The position numbers and the translations under genes were made by a program. The notes beneath the pieces were generated by a model. That model worked only from the letters and a program-made list of their open reading frames with translations. It did no database searches and was not told the DNA's origin. 64,000 nucleotides of DNA, taken from a virus. Location: IMG/VR virus record IMGVR_UViG_3300045988_116318, positions 84,184 through 148,183 of that record; one strand, written 5' to 3'. Each line of letters begins with the position of its first letter. Within the stretch, counting starts at the first letter, position 1. Of this stretch, positions 10,520-22,000 are shown piece by piece.

Positions 10520-11173
10520 ATGGATAATACTTGTATTCCTTTTGTGTTAATAAACGACAGAAAAATGATTGACGCAAAACATGTTCATAAATTGTTAGAA
10601 TGTAAGTATGATTTTAAACATTGGATTAAGGATGTAATATCATCTTTTAATTTTAAGGATGGAATAGATTATATATCATATAGATATGATAATAATGGAG
10701 AACAAATAATAGATAATAATAGTCATGTATTTAGGCATGACTATTATTTATTCCCCAAATCGATTCTGTGTATCATCTATATGAAGTGTGATAGATCTTT
10801 ATTTAAAGATTTTATTTATGATATATTTGATTGTTGTAATATTAAAAATGACGATCGGGTATTAGATATAATACATAGATCTGTCGATAGGTATAATAAA
10901 AAATGTATAAAATATTTTACATATATAATAAGAAATAATAATAATGGTTTTTATAAAATAGGTAAAAGCTCTGATGTAAAAAGAAGGCTATCTGGGTTGT
11001 CTATTGTAGAAGATAACTTAACATTAATAGCTTATGTGAATAAAGATATAGAGAGCGAGCTTCATGCAAGATTTGATATCAAAGGGATATACAGAGAATG
11101 GTTCAACTTATCAGATTGCGATTTGAATGATATAATTGATAAATATAAATTCAAGTTGTGTGACATGGCTTGA
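10520..11173 (+). CDS. antirepressor-like N-terminal domain + T5orf172/GIY-YIG-like C-terminal domain protein
   Basis: N-terminus IPFVLINDRKMIDAKHVHKLLEC..FKHWIKD resembles KilA-N/AntA-type phage domains. C-terminus FYKIGKSSDVKRRLSGL matches the T5orf172 (YkIGkT...R..l) signature. Confidence 0.55.
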   Translation: MDNTCIPFVLINDRKMIDAKHVHKLLECKYDFKHWIKDVISSFNFKDGIDYISYRYDNNGEQIIDNNSHVFRHDYYLFPKSILCIIYMKCDRSLFKDFIYDIFDCCNIKNDDRVLDIIHRSVDRYNKKCIKYFTYIIRNNNNGFYKIGKSSDVKRRLSGLSIVEDNLTLIAYVNKDIESELHARFDIKGIYREWFNLSDCDLNDIIDKYKFKLCDMA

Positions 11174-11355
11174 ATTTTATTACAATAAAAAGTGATTAAG
11201 AGATGAGTCTATGGTGATATTTACTCATCTCTTCTTATTTTTCTGAAAATACTTCTCTTCTATAGGAAATAAACACACCCATATTCCACCCTGCAATCAT
11301 GATCTTTGTTACGTGCTTCATGCACGTATGTTTAACAATTAAATACTATAAAATT

Positions 11356-12363
11356 ATGGGTGGTGATAAAATCGTCCTTTTAGATGGAGCCGGGGCTAAC
11401 GGTGGTGGTGCAGCCACTAACGGTCTTCTTTCAATGATTCCCGGCATGTTTGCTAATTTGATAGGTGGTAATAAAATGGATCCGAATCTGGTGGCGGCTT
11501 TGATGAACGGTCGTAACAACCAGGACGGTTTCGGTGGGGCTAACGGTTGGTGGCTTTGGATAATTGTTTTGTTCTGGCTGTGGGGTGGACGCGGCTTCGG
11601 TAACGGTTTTGGAAATGGTGGTGATTGTTGCGCCAATGGTTTACCCGCTCAGTTGAATAACGATTACGGTCGTGAACTTTTGATGCAGGCAATTCAAGGT
11701 AATCGTAGCGCCATAGATCAGATCGCTTCTGCTTTGAACTGTTCTACTACTCAACTTCAGAACGCTATCTGCAACGTACAGGGTGCTATTGATAAAGTAG
11801 CTGGTCAGGTAGGTATGACTTCTCAGGCTGTTATCAACGCAGTTCAACAACAAGGTTGTGAAATCGGAAATCAAATCAGCTCTTGCTGCTGCAATCTGAG
11901 TTCGTTGATCAATCAAAGCACTTGCCAGACTCAGGGAATGATTACTCAGCAAGGTTTTGATAACCAGCTTCGCACGTTGGAACAAACCAATATCTTGCAG
12001 AACGGTCTCAACCAAGGTCTGGCTAACAATCGTGAGCAAGCTACAAGCCAATTCAATATCTTGTCTGCGAAACTTGACGCCCAAACCGTTATGATCAACG
12101 ACAAATTCTGTCAGTTGGAAATGAGGGAGATGCAGAACACTATTGCTCAACTTCGTGAAGAAAAAGCGGCTTTGACAGCTTCGGCATTATCTCAGCAACA
12201 AACCCAGAATATCGTTGGTCAATTACGCCCGACGGCCGTCCCGGCCTACCCCTCTTGTTCTCCTTACCAGGCTTATACTTGGGGACAGGTATTCGGAGGA
12301 GGTTGCTGCAATAACGGATGTGGATGTAACAACGGATGTTGCAATAACAACGCTGCTGTCTGA
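11356..12363 (+). CDS. Cys/Gly/Gln/Asn-rich low-complexity protein with one Trp-rich TM helix (336 aa from ATG 11356; ORF track starts at 11299)
   Basis: GGANGGGAATNG...WWLWIIVLFWLWGG...CCANG...SSCCCNLS...GGGCCNNGCGCNNGCCNNNAAV. Central Gln/Asn-rich coiled coil. Confidence 0.6.
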   Translation: MGGDKIVLLDGAGANGGGAATNGLLSMIPGMFANLIGGNKMDPNLVAALMNGRNNQDGFGGANGWWLWIIVLFWLWGGRGFGNGFGNGGDCCANGLPAQLNNDYGRELLMQAIQGNRSAIDQIASALNCSTTQLQNAICNVQGAIDKVAGQVGMTSQAVINAVQQQGCEIGNQISSCCCNLSSLINQSTCQTQGMITQQGFDNQLRTLEQTNILQNGLNQGLANNREQATSQFNILSAKLDAQTVMINDKFCQLEMREMQNTIAQLREEKAALTASALSQQQTQNIVGQLRPTAVPAYPSCSPYQAYTWGQVFGGGCCNNGCGCNNGCCNNNAAV

Positions 12364-12386
12364 TTTTATTAAGAGAGGAGGCTAAT

Positions 12387-12800
12387 ATGGCTTGTGTTTC
12401 TAAAATAGGATCGTTGTATGAGATGGTTACGAAGAATGTTATTGTCAGTACGACAAATACAATCTTCGGTATTAACCCACGGGCTTGGATCGCCCTTCCG
12501 TGTGAGGGTCTTGTCCTTCTTAAGATAAGGCAAGTAGTCCCCACAGCCGGAAGTGCTCTACCGGTACAGATTGCGGTCCCGGCAAACAGCACAGTTTCAA
12601 CAGTAGGATCCGACACCTGTTGCCCGGTTACGGGAGTGAATGTCGTGAACCCTATTAACGTAGCTGTCACGGGTGCTGCTATGGTAAATGGCACAGAACG
12701 CCTTCTGTACTTCAATAAAGTTCGTGGCGTGTTAAGATTAATGGATTGCTGTGTTCCAGTAGCGGCAGCCCAGGCGTCTGAAGTTAAAGCAGGTAAATGA
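12387..12800 (+). CDS. hypothetical protein (137 aa), Val/Thr/Ala-rich, possibly structural
   Basis: Strong AGAGGAGG RBS upstream of ATG 12387. Confidence 0.6.
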   Translation: MACVSKIGSLYEMVTKNVIVSTTNTIFGINPRAWIALPCEGLVLLKIRQVVPTAGSALPVQIAVPANSTVSTVGSDTCCPVTGVNVVNPINVAVTGAAMVNGTERLLYFNKVRGVLRLMDCCVPVAAAQASEVKAGK

Positions 12801-12856
12801 TTTCAGTAGGGTGATGGAGATCATCACCCTATTTTCACCTAAATAATATTTTGATC

Positions 12857-13345
12857 ATGTTTTCAGATTTGAAGAAAGGGTTTCAGGTACATACCCTTGA
12901 TACTAACACAGTACCTAAATACGAATTGGGAAAGGTAGTAGCCGTATCCGAACCCAGGTATCTTCCTCCCCAGCCGGGTCAGTATCAGGCGATGCAGACC
13001 CGCGTGGTGGATCTGACGGTAGAGCTCACTGGCGAAACCAAGACCTATACGGTCCCGGAATCCCAGAATGTGGCTAAGGCTATGGGTATAACATTATCTA
13101 CCAGCATAGATCCGATTATGAACGAACTGAATGCTATAAAAAGCACCAGTCAAGACATAATAGACAGCGTAGATACCCATCGTGCCAAGATAGAGGCTTG
13201 TGAATCTATATTAGAAGACATCAATCCGGCATTCAAACAAACGAGAGAGCAGGATCGTAAAATAGCTGGTATAGAAAATAAGGTGAATGACCTTACTGAT
13301 TCATTCGAAGATTTAAAGAAGTTGATTGTAGAACGTTTGAAATAA
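12857..13345 (+). CDS. hypothetical coiled-coil protein (162 aa from ATG 12857; track start TTG 12851)
   Basis: ORF with heptad-like C-terminal region. Confidence 0.6.
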   Translation: MFSDLKKGFQVHTLDTNTVPKYELGKVVAVSEPRYLPPQPGQYQAMQTRVVDLTVELTGETKTYTVPESQNVAKAMGITLSTSIDPIMNELNAIKSTSQDIIDSVDTHRAKIEACESILEDINPAFKQTREQDRKIAGIENKVNDLTDSFEDLKKLIVERLK

Positions 13346-13352
13346 GTATAAT

Positions 13353-13730
13353 ATGATAGTATATGATTTAAATTCAGGACATAGAGAATATCCTGGATAT
13401 GATGAGATAGAAGACAGGCGAGGTGGAGGCAGAGGCAGAAGCCGTCGTTCTGATGGGACGTACATGGAGTACGGACATGGGTTCCTTCCTCCTTATGATC
13501 ATTACGGTATGCATGAGAAGATGAAGGAAATGGAAGAACGCGAAAACGAGCTGGAAGAAAGGGAAAGAAGGCTCGAAGAGCGCGAACGTCGTCATGAAAT
13601 GGAGGACCGGGAATACCGGAGGATGGGTTACGAATCCTACCCGACCGATTACTATGGAGACGACAGATACTACGGTGACGGACCTCAGATGCGTAGAGGT
13701 CGCGGACGTGGCAGAGGTCGTTCTTATTGA
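13353..13730 (+). CDS. RGG/RE-repeat intrinsically disordered protein (125 aa)
   Basis: GGGRGRSRRSDG at N-term and RGRGRGRGRSY at C-term. Central ERENELEERERRLEERERRHEMEDREYRR charged repeats. Confidence 0.55.
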   Translation: MIVYDLNSGHREYPGYDEIEDRRGGGRGRSRRSDGTYMEYGHGFLPPYDHYGMHEKMKEMEERENELEERERRLEERERRHEMEDREYRRMGYESYPTDYYGDDRYYGDGPQMRRGRGRGRGRSY

Positions 13731-13823
13731 GGAGCAGACGCAGAGGATCCAGCTTATCAGAAATATGTAGATACTTACGGCTACCATTTTTCTAATGCTC
13801 TTGCTGATGAGGCGGTAAAGAAG

Positions 13824-14117
13824 ATGGTCAACGTCGATGGATCCAAGAGGATCTGGAAGCAGCCGGAAATAAAAGATATTTTTGAAAAGTGCGGAGCGAA
13901 GAAGCCGGATAAAGCGACATGGGGCGATGTCCAATATGTCTTTGCAATGTACTATTCGGATGGTTTTCCGAAGGTCTTCAAATGTGAGAACGAGTTGGTG
14001 AAAGCTACGTTAATGTATTTGGATGATCCGGATGCTCCCGAAGGAGTAGCCTTTATAAGATGGCTTGCCGTGCAAGATTACCTCGGCGAAAAAATAAACT
14101 GGAAGGATCTGACCTGA
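13824..14117 (+). CDS. hypothetical protein (97 aa)
   Basis: ORF with plausible composition. Confidence 0.55.
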   Translation: MVNVDGSKRIWKQPEIKDIFEKCGAKKPDKATWGDVQYVFAMYYSDGFPKVFKCENELVKATLMYLDDPDAPEGVAFIRWLAVQDYLGEKINWKDLT

Positions 14118-14279
14118 GATCCAGACCCAGGTCCTTCCGGTGGTGCGGGAGCCATAGTGAAAAATATGATTCCCGCATTCCCGTTTTTCCCGTTTGGAAA
14201 AAAAAGAATAAAAATATTATACCGGTCGGCGGGCAATAGAATACCCGTGGCCGGTTTGTTTCACATAACTTTTTTTGAC

Positions 14280-14456
14280 ATGAATATAGCACACGAATCT
14301 AAATCGAATAAAACCCCATTGTATTTAATAGGAGAGTTGATTGGCGTACCGAATACGGTTATGGACTCAGCATTGCATGAACTGAAAGATAGAATAGACA
14401 AAGACCCTAAATATAAAGATGTTAAAAATTGGCTCGAATCTTTACCCAAGATCTGA
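14280..14456 (+). CDS. small hypothetical protein (58 aa; internal ATG of ORF 14157..14456)
   Basis: Upstream part of the tracked ORF (FPFFPF...) looks non-coding and contains repeats and a hairpin. ATG 14280 is preceded by a T-tract. Confidence 0.4.
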   Translation: MNIAHESKSNKTPLYLIGELIGVPNTVMDSALHELKDRIDKDPKYKDVKNWLESLPKI

Positions 14457-14479
14457 ACCTATTTTTTTTCAATACCAGG

Positions 14480-14514
14480 CCCGATGCGATTTTAACGTAT
14501 CGGGTTTTTATTTT
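14480..14514 (+). terminator. rho-independent terminator (CCCGAT-loop-ATCGGG + TTTTTATTTT)
   Basis: 6-bp GC stem with 13-nt loop and T-tract, 24 nt after stop at 14456. Confidence 0.45.
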
Positions 14515-14584
14515 AATTCATATTGTTTTATTTTAAATCTAATTAATTTATGAATGTCGTACTTTTGTTGAAAAAGTATTTTTT

Positions 14585-14812
14585 ATGGAAAATAAGGAAG
14601 ATTACGTTGGTTACGAAGATCAAGAACTGTGTAACCGGTATTACAAAGAGGCTGAAGCCATGAGGCAAAAGCAGGACTGGTCTCGGCTTAGGGCTGTCCC
14701 TGCTCCGGCTAAGGGAACGCCATCGCCCGGCTGGGGTCAGCTTGGACGTGGAAATGATGTCCGTGTCAAGTATGTTAGCATCAATTCAGGATTAGGAGGG
14801 GACAGATTATGA
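14585..14812 (+). CDS. hypothetical protein (75 aa)
   Basis: ORF. Stop overlaps next start (ATGA). Confidence 0.45.
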   Translation: MENKEDYVGYEDQELCNRYYKEAEAMRQKQDWSRLRAVPAPAKGTPSPGWGQLGRGNDVRVKYVSINSGLGGDRL

Positions 14813-14970
14813 CCGTAGAAGAATTGGCTAATAAAAGATACGGTGGCGAATTTGTTTTCATGTTTGGTCATCTTGAAGGTAGAACAAGATTCGTTTTTGA
14901 ATGCTTTGATCCAAGACCTGATCATGAAGGTAAAAACACTTATATAGTTTCTTATTTTGAATACTGGTAA
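14809..14970 (+). CDS. small hypothetical protein (53 aa), not in ORF track (<60 aa)
   Basis: ATG 14809 preceded by GGAGGGG RBS at -8. ATGA overlap with upstream gene. Confidence 0.4.
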   Translation: MTVEELANKRYGGEFVFMFGHLEGRTRFVFECFDPRPDHEGKNTYIVSYFEYW

Positions 14971-15096
14971 TTGCATAATTCAATTGAACGCAAATCCAAA
15001 GGACCCAAGTGAATCTTTTTTTGACGTATATGATAAAGATGAAATGAAAATGATATACACAATAAATATCAGTATCTTGAAAGAAATGTTTGTCAT

Positions 15097-15414
15097 ATGA
15101 TCACCAAGCAAGATATACAAGCAGCAACATCGTATATTTTCCGAAGCAGTTTTGTCTCGGAGGACCAGGCAAGGAAAGCAATGGTAAGAGCTGGCAATAA
15201 CGCTACCAAGAACCTCGTCAAGACCTTTAGAGGCAAGTTGTTCAAGAAAGCTTTTGAAAGAGCCCGTAGAGGAAAGGATATCAGTTTTTTTGAAAGACAG
15301 GAAAAAGAAAGTGGTTTCAACTTTCTTTACAATCCTAATAATGGTCGTATGCAAAGCGGTCATATTATAATAGATGGAATTGATCTGTTTAAACAAATAA
15401 TTCATGAAAGGTAA
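15097..15414 (+). CDS. hypothetical basic protein (105 aa)
   Basis: ORF, Lys/Arg-rich. Confidence 0.5.
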   Translation: MITKQDIQAATSYIFRSSFVSEDQARKAMVRAGNNATKNLVKTFRGKLFKKAFERARRGKDISFFERQEKESGFNFLYNPNNGRMQSGHIIIDGIDLFKQIIHER

Positions 15415-15574
15415 AAAAGTTGATATTCGTTTAGGTAGAGGTCTGGCGAATCAGATTAAGATAAACAAAACCATTCCAGTGTCTCATAAACCAAAAGAAG
15501 AACGTCGAATGATGTTTATTTGTGGTGATGATATTGCTTCTCTTATAAAGCGGTTTGAAAATGAATCAAAGTAA
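15404..15574 (+). CDS. small hypothetical protein (56 aa), not in ORF track
   Basis: ATG 15404 overlapping the stop of the upstream gene. Confidence 0.3.
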   Translation: MKGKKVDIRLGRGLANQIKINKTIPVSHKPKEERRMMFICGDDIASLIKRFENESK

Positions 15575-15623
15575 TATAAAGTCGGGCATGTGTCTTGTCC
15601 GACTTTTTTTATATATTTGTGGC

Positions 15624-15947
15624 ATGGCAAGAGGTTATTATTGGATACCGCAGACAGATGAAACGTTAAATGGCAGAAGCTATTACGTGGCTAAGATAGT
15701 AGGGGATATCACGTTTGATACTAAACGAAAAAGAATCGTATTTCAAGCTGATAGGTATTTTCCTGTAGGATCTGTTTTCCATTTTACGCACAATTGCTTC
15801 AATTATATCATAACTTGCCGACTTCGTAAGCCGGGGCTTTGGTTTGAAGCCAGGAGAGAGGATTCGGGCCCTATTTGCCCTGAAGATATTGAGCGCTTTG
15901 AATCGGGAAGGTTTATACACCGAGATGGGTACATGCATTACATATAA
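15624..15947 (+). CDS. hypothetical protein (107 aa from internal ATG; track ORF 15555..15947)
   Basis: ORF. Start chosen to avoid overlap with 15404..15574. Confidence 0.35.
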   Translation: MARGYYWIPQTDETLNGRSYYVAKIVGDITFDTKRKRIVFQADRYFPVGSVFHFTHNCFNYIITCRLRKPGLWFEARREDSGPICPEDIERFESGRFIHRDGYMHYI

Positions 15948-16089
15948 GCTGAACTTGACGATTTTTCGTCAGATTATAATTTTTTCTCATATCATTTTTA
16001 AGCCATCAGACTGAGAAGTTAGATGGCTTTATTTTTTATGATATGCTTGATTTTTAACTACCTTTGTCTCATAACAAAAATGTTTTATC

Positions 16090-19000
16090 ATGGTATCAAC
16101 GTGTATTATTAAAAGAGATAATAAAAAGAAAGTTGTTTCTGTCTCTACCAGATCAGGGGACAGGTCTATGTTGTTTGATAAAATAGCATCTGTTCCTCTT
16201 ATGGAGAACAGGGAGCGGGCTACTACTGTTTTTAAAACCGTATTTTCTAATAAGTTCTTAAAGGCTTTTGGTGACTGGAGAAGGAATGTGCCTATCAACA
16301 AACAGGCTTACAATAAGGTAAAATCCAATATCGACCTTATTCCGGAAGCCTATAGAGAAAGGGTGCTGGATAAGGCTTCTAAGATGAGCAACCCTATTCT
16401 TGTGTCGAAATCAGATGCACCTTATGGGATTCAAGAATCAGGCTTTGGATTCTATAGCCAGGATCTGGGTGATAATATTATGTTGGTGGATGCTATGGTT
16501 CCGTCAGGTATTTCCATACCGGAAGGACCGGGAATAGACGCCGGCCAGTATCTACAAGATGCTATATCTTCAGACTTCACTCCCGTATCTATGGTACAGG
16601 ATAAGGGTGTTAATTATATGGTTATAAAAGACGGTCTTAAGATATTTAGCCCAGAAGAGCTACCACAGACAGATTCTAATCCTGTGGGTGTAACGTATCA
16701 GACCGGAGAGCCTCGTTTGTTTTTCATGAACGATCGTAGTCAATTATTTGAAGATTACGGAGAAGCTCTTCGCTCTGGCGGAAATGATATTAGAATAGGA
16801 TTCTTATCAGGCACCGTTCAAGAATCTACCGTGGATGGTGTGGCAGACATTACTTACAAGGCTGGAAAGTATGTTCTTAATAATCCCAAATCTTTTATAC
16901 CGGTCATGACCGCTTCTGCTTCTACTTCTTTATCAACAAAAGGTGGTATAATTAACTACCTTATAAAGAAAGGTCTTTTGTCCGGATCTAAGATATTCGA
17001 TCCTGAAACAAGAAGCTATTATCTTACAGGAGAAGGTCATACAGGACAAATTAGACTTTTCAATTCAGCCTTATCCTACACCGAGCTCCGTAATCATTTT
17101 GGTTCAGATGTTTCCATGAACGACCAAGGTATGATAACCATAAGCTCGTTGGATAATAGTAAGGTAACTATGAGGCTCGCCACCGGAGGAACGGAAAGGG
17201 TTAGCAAAGAGCAGATAAAGAACGATCTTAAGTCAGGAAGATACAATGAATTGGACGCCAAGTACGATCATTTTGATGCGCTTGTAGTTTCATTCATATT
17301 AGAAGACAACGATCTTTATGCTGATACTAAAGCTAAGATCGTATCAGATTATAGCAGGCAGGAACGTGATCAACGAAATTCTATTGTCGAGATACTGAAA
17401 ACGCTTGGCGTTAGTGTCATAGGTATGACCGATTATATAGAGAAGTACCAAACCAAATACGGGCATGAACCTTCTGCTAAGGCATTGGCGGATATTGCCA
17501 ATAACGTAATAGCAGTTGGTGAAGATGCTACTTTATCTGATTTAGTAGAAGAAACATCCCACTTCCTTGTAGAGGCATACAGAGATCAGAATGCTGTTGA
17601 GGCTGTTCTGCAAGATGTAGAAGGTACGGAAGAGTGGAACCAGTATGCAGGTCAGTATTATAATACATACGGTAAGGTATATGAAGGATCCGAGCTTGAT
17701 AATGCTGTTAGGAGAGAAATTCTTGGAAAGATCCTTGCCAGGGAGATGCAGACCGGCACAGCACAGGCGCCGGTAGAGCCCACCTCCTTCCTGGGGCGCG
17801 TCCGGCAGCTTCTCTCTGGAATTGTAAACTGGCTTAAATCAGCTTTATCTACCCAAAGACAAGATTTGAATAATGTTATTAAAAACATTCGCGATCTTGC
17901 TATTACCGACATAGATAAAGGATTTGACACCTCTCTGTTAAAGGATAATGATTTTACATTATACTCTCTTTCTTCTATGAACAAGAACAAGTTTCTTGAG
18001 TCTAAGATCAGATCACTAAGAAAAACCTTAAGAGACTTACGTCAGATAAGCTCTGATAGGGCTGTAACTACGTCTATGACTCTTGCTCAGCTTAAGACCA
18101 TAGAAGATAAGATAAATAAGGTAGAGACCGAAATAGACAAGAATGAGATGGCGGCTGCCATGAACAGCATGATCTCCACAGCCGAAGCTCAGGTCAGATA
18201 CTTAAGTAATGTGGTAAACACCATCCTTCATGGTGATACCAAAGACGGTAAGCTTCACTTCAATACCAATGATCGAAAGAACGTAGATATTATCAACAAT
18301 CAGGTTCTTCCGATCATGAACGATCTTCGAGGATATATCCGTAACAGAAGTACCGAATTTGATGAGCGTGAAAAGCAGGATTATACAAATAGGATCAATA
18401 CCGTCATTGCCGACATCAACGGTATTCAGTCTGATATTAAATCAGTACAAGATCTTGATGAAAGTACGTTGCTTGACAAGTTAATGAACGAACTTCATGT
18501 GCCGGCAGATAAGGTAAAGAGAGTAAAAGAGTTCTTTGATAAGGTTCAACACGATGTTTCTTGGATAAGTAGGTGGTTCGGTATATTAGAGCATTCTTCC
18601 AGCCCGTTCAACAACGCTCTTGGAGCTATGATTGCCAAAGACAATTACAATGCGATGGTGAATGCCCAGCCCGCCATATCCGACTTCCTGGCATATGCGA
18701 AAAAGCATGGTTTCAATAAATCTGAATTTGAAAAACTGCTTCAGAAAGTAGACGGCAAAACTTCTAATTACCTTCGTAGTGCTCTTGATATGGCTAAATA
18801 CGATCGTAATAAGAAGCTGGCGCAGATGCGAGCGTTTGCGACCGCCATGAACATAGAGATATCAGAAGAAGAAATCAATGATGTGGTTGACAATAACCGT
18901 AATTACGTATTTAAAAGAGAAGTAGTTGACAAGGACGGAAATACGGTTACTGAGAACGCTAAATTTAAACCGTCGTCCGATAGGGTTAATACCGATATTT

Positions 19001-22000
19001 TTACTATCGAACAGGAAAAAATCTATACGGAACAGATGGAAAAATGGGATGCTGAAAATTCGGAACTGGAATTTAGCGAAAGTTATGCCACAAGAATGGA
19101 ATCCATATACAAAAAGGCTGAAGAAGAATTAGGGCATCCGGTTTCTCAAACAACCAAAGAATACCTTAATGCTCTTTCTCGGCAGAAGCGGATATTGAGG
19201 CAGCCTTTTATTGATAGCAATGGTAATTTTGATGAGGTTGCTTACTATAAGAGTAGTAACTACGAAGAAGAAGGACTGCTTCGTAAACAACGTAAGGAAG
19301 CAGCTTCAGAATACATATATGTAGGAACCAGGAGAGTGGAAAAAACTGGCGACCAACTTAAGATGGCCAAAGAAATACAAGCCATAAATGAAGTTTGGAG
19401 AAAAGAATCAAATAATGCCACTAATGCCGTATCAGAATCGTTTTTGCAAAAATTAAGAACGATTCAGAACGAGTCAGGAGGAGAAGCTGCGTTGAAGACA
19501 CTTATGTTGGGAGGGCACCTGTCATTTAACGATCGGTTTTGGAATGACATAGAATCAGAACAGTCGGCACGTACCGAATCAAATAACAAGGCTTCGTATC
19601 TTAAAATGGCACAAGACATCATTAGTTCTACGACAAGTGATAGAGATGCGACTGACGTGGATTCGATTGTAAAAGATATAGAAAAAAATAAGGCTATTAT
19701 CAAGGAAATAATCAGCAACAACCGTGACGTGGCTGATATCGGAGAAATCAATGAAGCAACATTTACCTCATCTGAAAGAGATGCTTTTAGGGCCGCATCT
19801 GAAGCTATTGAAGCCGATTACGCTATTTTGATAGATTATGCTAAGATGGTGGGTCTTGAAGATATTGATAAGTACCTTACTAAAAGCAGTAAGGCTGAAA
19901 ACGAAGTAAATCAGTCTTATTTAAATGCTCTTGCTGACTCCAAGGAAGTGGAATGGAAGTTCGTACAACGTCATACTACGGCGAAGAAAGCAAAAAGGAT
20001 TCAGGCTTTAAGGGATAAGCTGTTTAAGGCTGCTGATAACCGATATCTGTTTACCGTATCTGAAACCAACTACCTGTCAGAAAAGCTTGGAATAAGCAAA
20101 GAATTAGACGGTAGATATTTCAGGAATGCTGTTAATACTAAGATGGCCAGCTTATTTTTAAATAATACAAGAGAAGAGGGTATAGAAGCTGACATAAAAG
20201 CAGGTATAGAAGAAGCTAATGCGATCGTTAATGAATTTGCCAGGAGCCAGGTCTTTTCGTACTATAAACGCATGGCACCTACCGGATATGCGGCTATGAT
20301 TGGTAAAATAGGCCGCGGTGAGATAGATGTGGCGCAGATGGTTAAAGACGTACAGAACGGAACATCCACCCAAGATTATGGCATGGACATATCATACCTG
20401 TCTTTCGACCCTGCAAGGGCATGGGTGGCTGAATCTGAAGCCGAAAATAGCGGTCGTAACCCTGATTATGTAAAAGATCATGGGTATGGTCATCGTATGC
20501 CCAAGAAAAGCCTGTATCGTGATGAATCGTATTTCAATGACTTTGGTATCAAGTATGATGCTGACGGTAATGAGGTTGCTACTAAAAACGTAGAGCAATG
20601 GAATATGATTCAAAAACTTAAGGAAATAAAAAGACAATCCCTTTCCTTATACAAAGAGCAGAGCCCGAACCTGTATGCTATTCCACAGATATCCAAACAA
20701 GATATAGAACGTGTGGAAGGATTGGGTATCAGCCTTAAAAGTACGGTCAGGAACTTCGTATCCGACTTATGTCTTGATCGCGTAGATGACTCCCTGTATG
20801 GTAAAACACGCCAGGGTGAGGTATATGATCCGGAAGATAGGGTTCGGTCCATACCTAAATACTACATATATGAATTAGAGAACCAAGATGACGTATCTCA
20901 TGATTTTGGTTACTCTTATTCGATGCTTATGATGCAGTCATCGTTATACAACGAAAAGCAGAAGTCTATAGAGCTCGCTCAAGGACTGGAGCAGATGTTA
21001 CTGAATAAACAATTTGAAGGTGGTAAAAAGGCTGAAGCAACCCAAGCATATCAGATGTTCAGGGACTTCTTCAACGATCATTATTATGGCATTAGGATGA
21101 ACACCAAAAAACTTACGGTGAACATCGGAGGATATACGGTAGACCTTACAAGAATTATGATGGCTGTTGAAAGATTTATGTCGGTCATGAACTTGGCACT
21201 GTCTCCGTTTGTGGCAGCTACCGGCGCCTTAACAGGTCATATCAACCTCATCATGGAATCTGCCGTAGGACAGTATATAAGCAAAGACTCCCTTAAATAC
21301 GCATCGGCTGAATTTTCACGCCTTGCTCCATCTTGTATAGCAGAAACCGGAGACATAGATAGGAAAAGCAAATTATATGTCATAGGTGAGAGAATGGGGA
21401 TATTCAATATCCGAAATCGTATGTATGGTGCCGGATACAATAGAGTGGCCAGGACCTTAATGCGTTCGCCTATGTATGCTTTTATGGAAATCCTGAACTA
21501 CCCTCTTGATCCGCAGGTTATGATTGCTACTATGGACAATGTTCGTTATTACAAAGGTCGGTTCTACACGTTCCAAGATTTCAAGATGGAAAAAGAACGT
21601 AATAAAGAACAGAGTACCATAAAAAGAGAATGGAATGCATTAAAAGATCGTACTTTATGGAGTATGGTAGATGTCGTGGATGGGAAGGTGGTTGTAAAGC
21701 CCGGATCAGGTGTTACTGTTGAGGAAGTTGAAACCCAGATGGCTATAACCAGAAATCAAGTTCGTAGCTTGTCGCAGATATGTAACGGATCTTTGAATGA
21801 AGAAAACCGAACTGCCGCATCGCGCAACTGGATAGCCAGGTTCATGACCGCCCACCGAGGATGGTTGGTGCTGGCGGCTCAACGTCTGTGGAAAAGACGT
21901 GGCTTCAATTTCCAGACAATGCAAGAAGAGGAAGGGTTGTCAATTACGTTAAAGAATATGATAGCCAAAACATTTAGCTTAGCTTCCGAGTCTGGTATGA

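Noticed and set aside
14157-14279. ATG 14157 as the start of the 99-aa ORF
   Set aside because: The N-terminal 41 codons translate to FPFFPF/low-complexity sequence and overlap repeats and a hairpin. The internal ATG 14280 was preferred.
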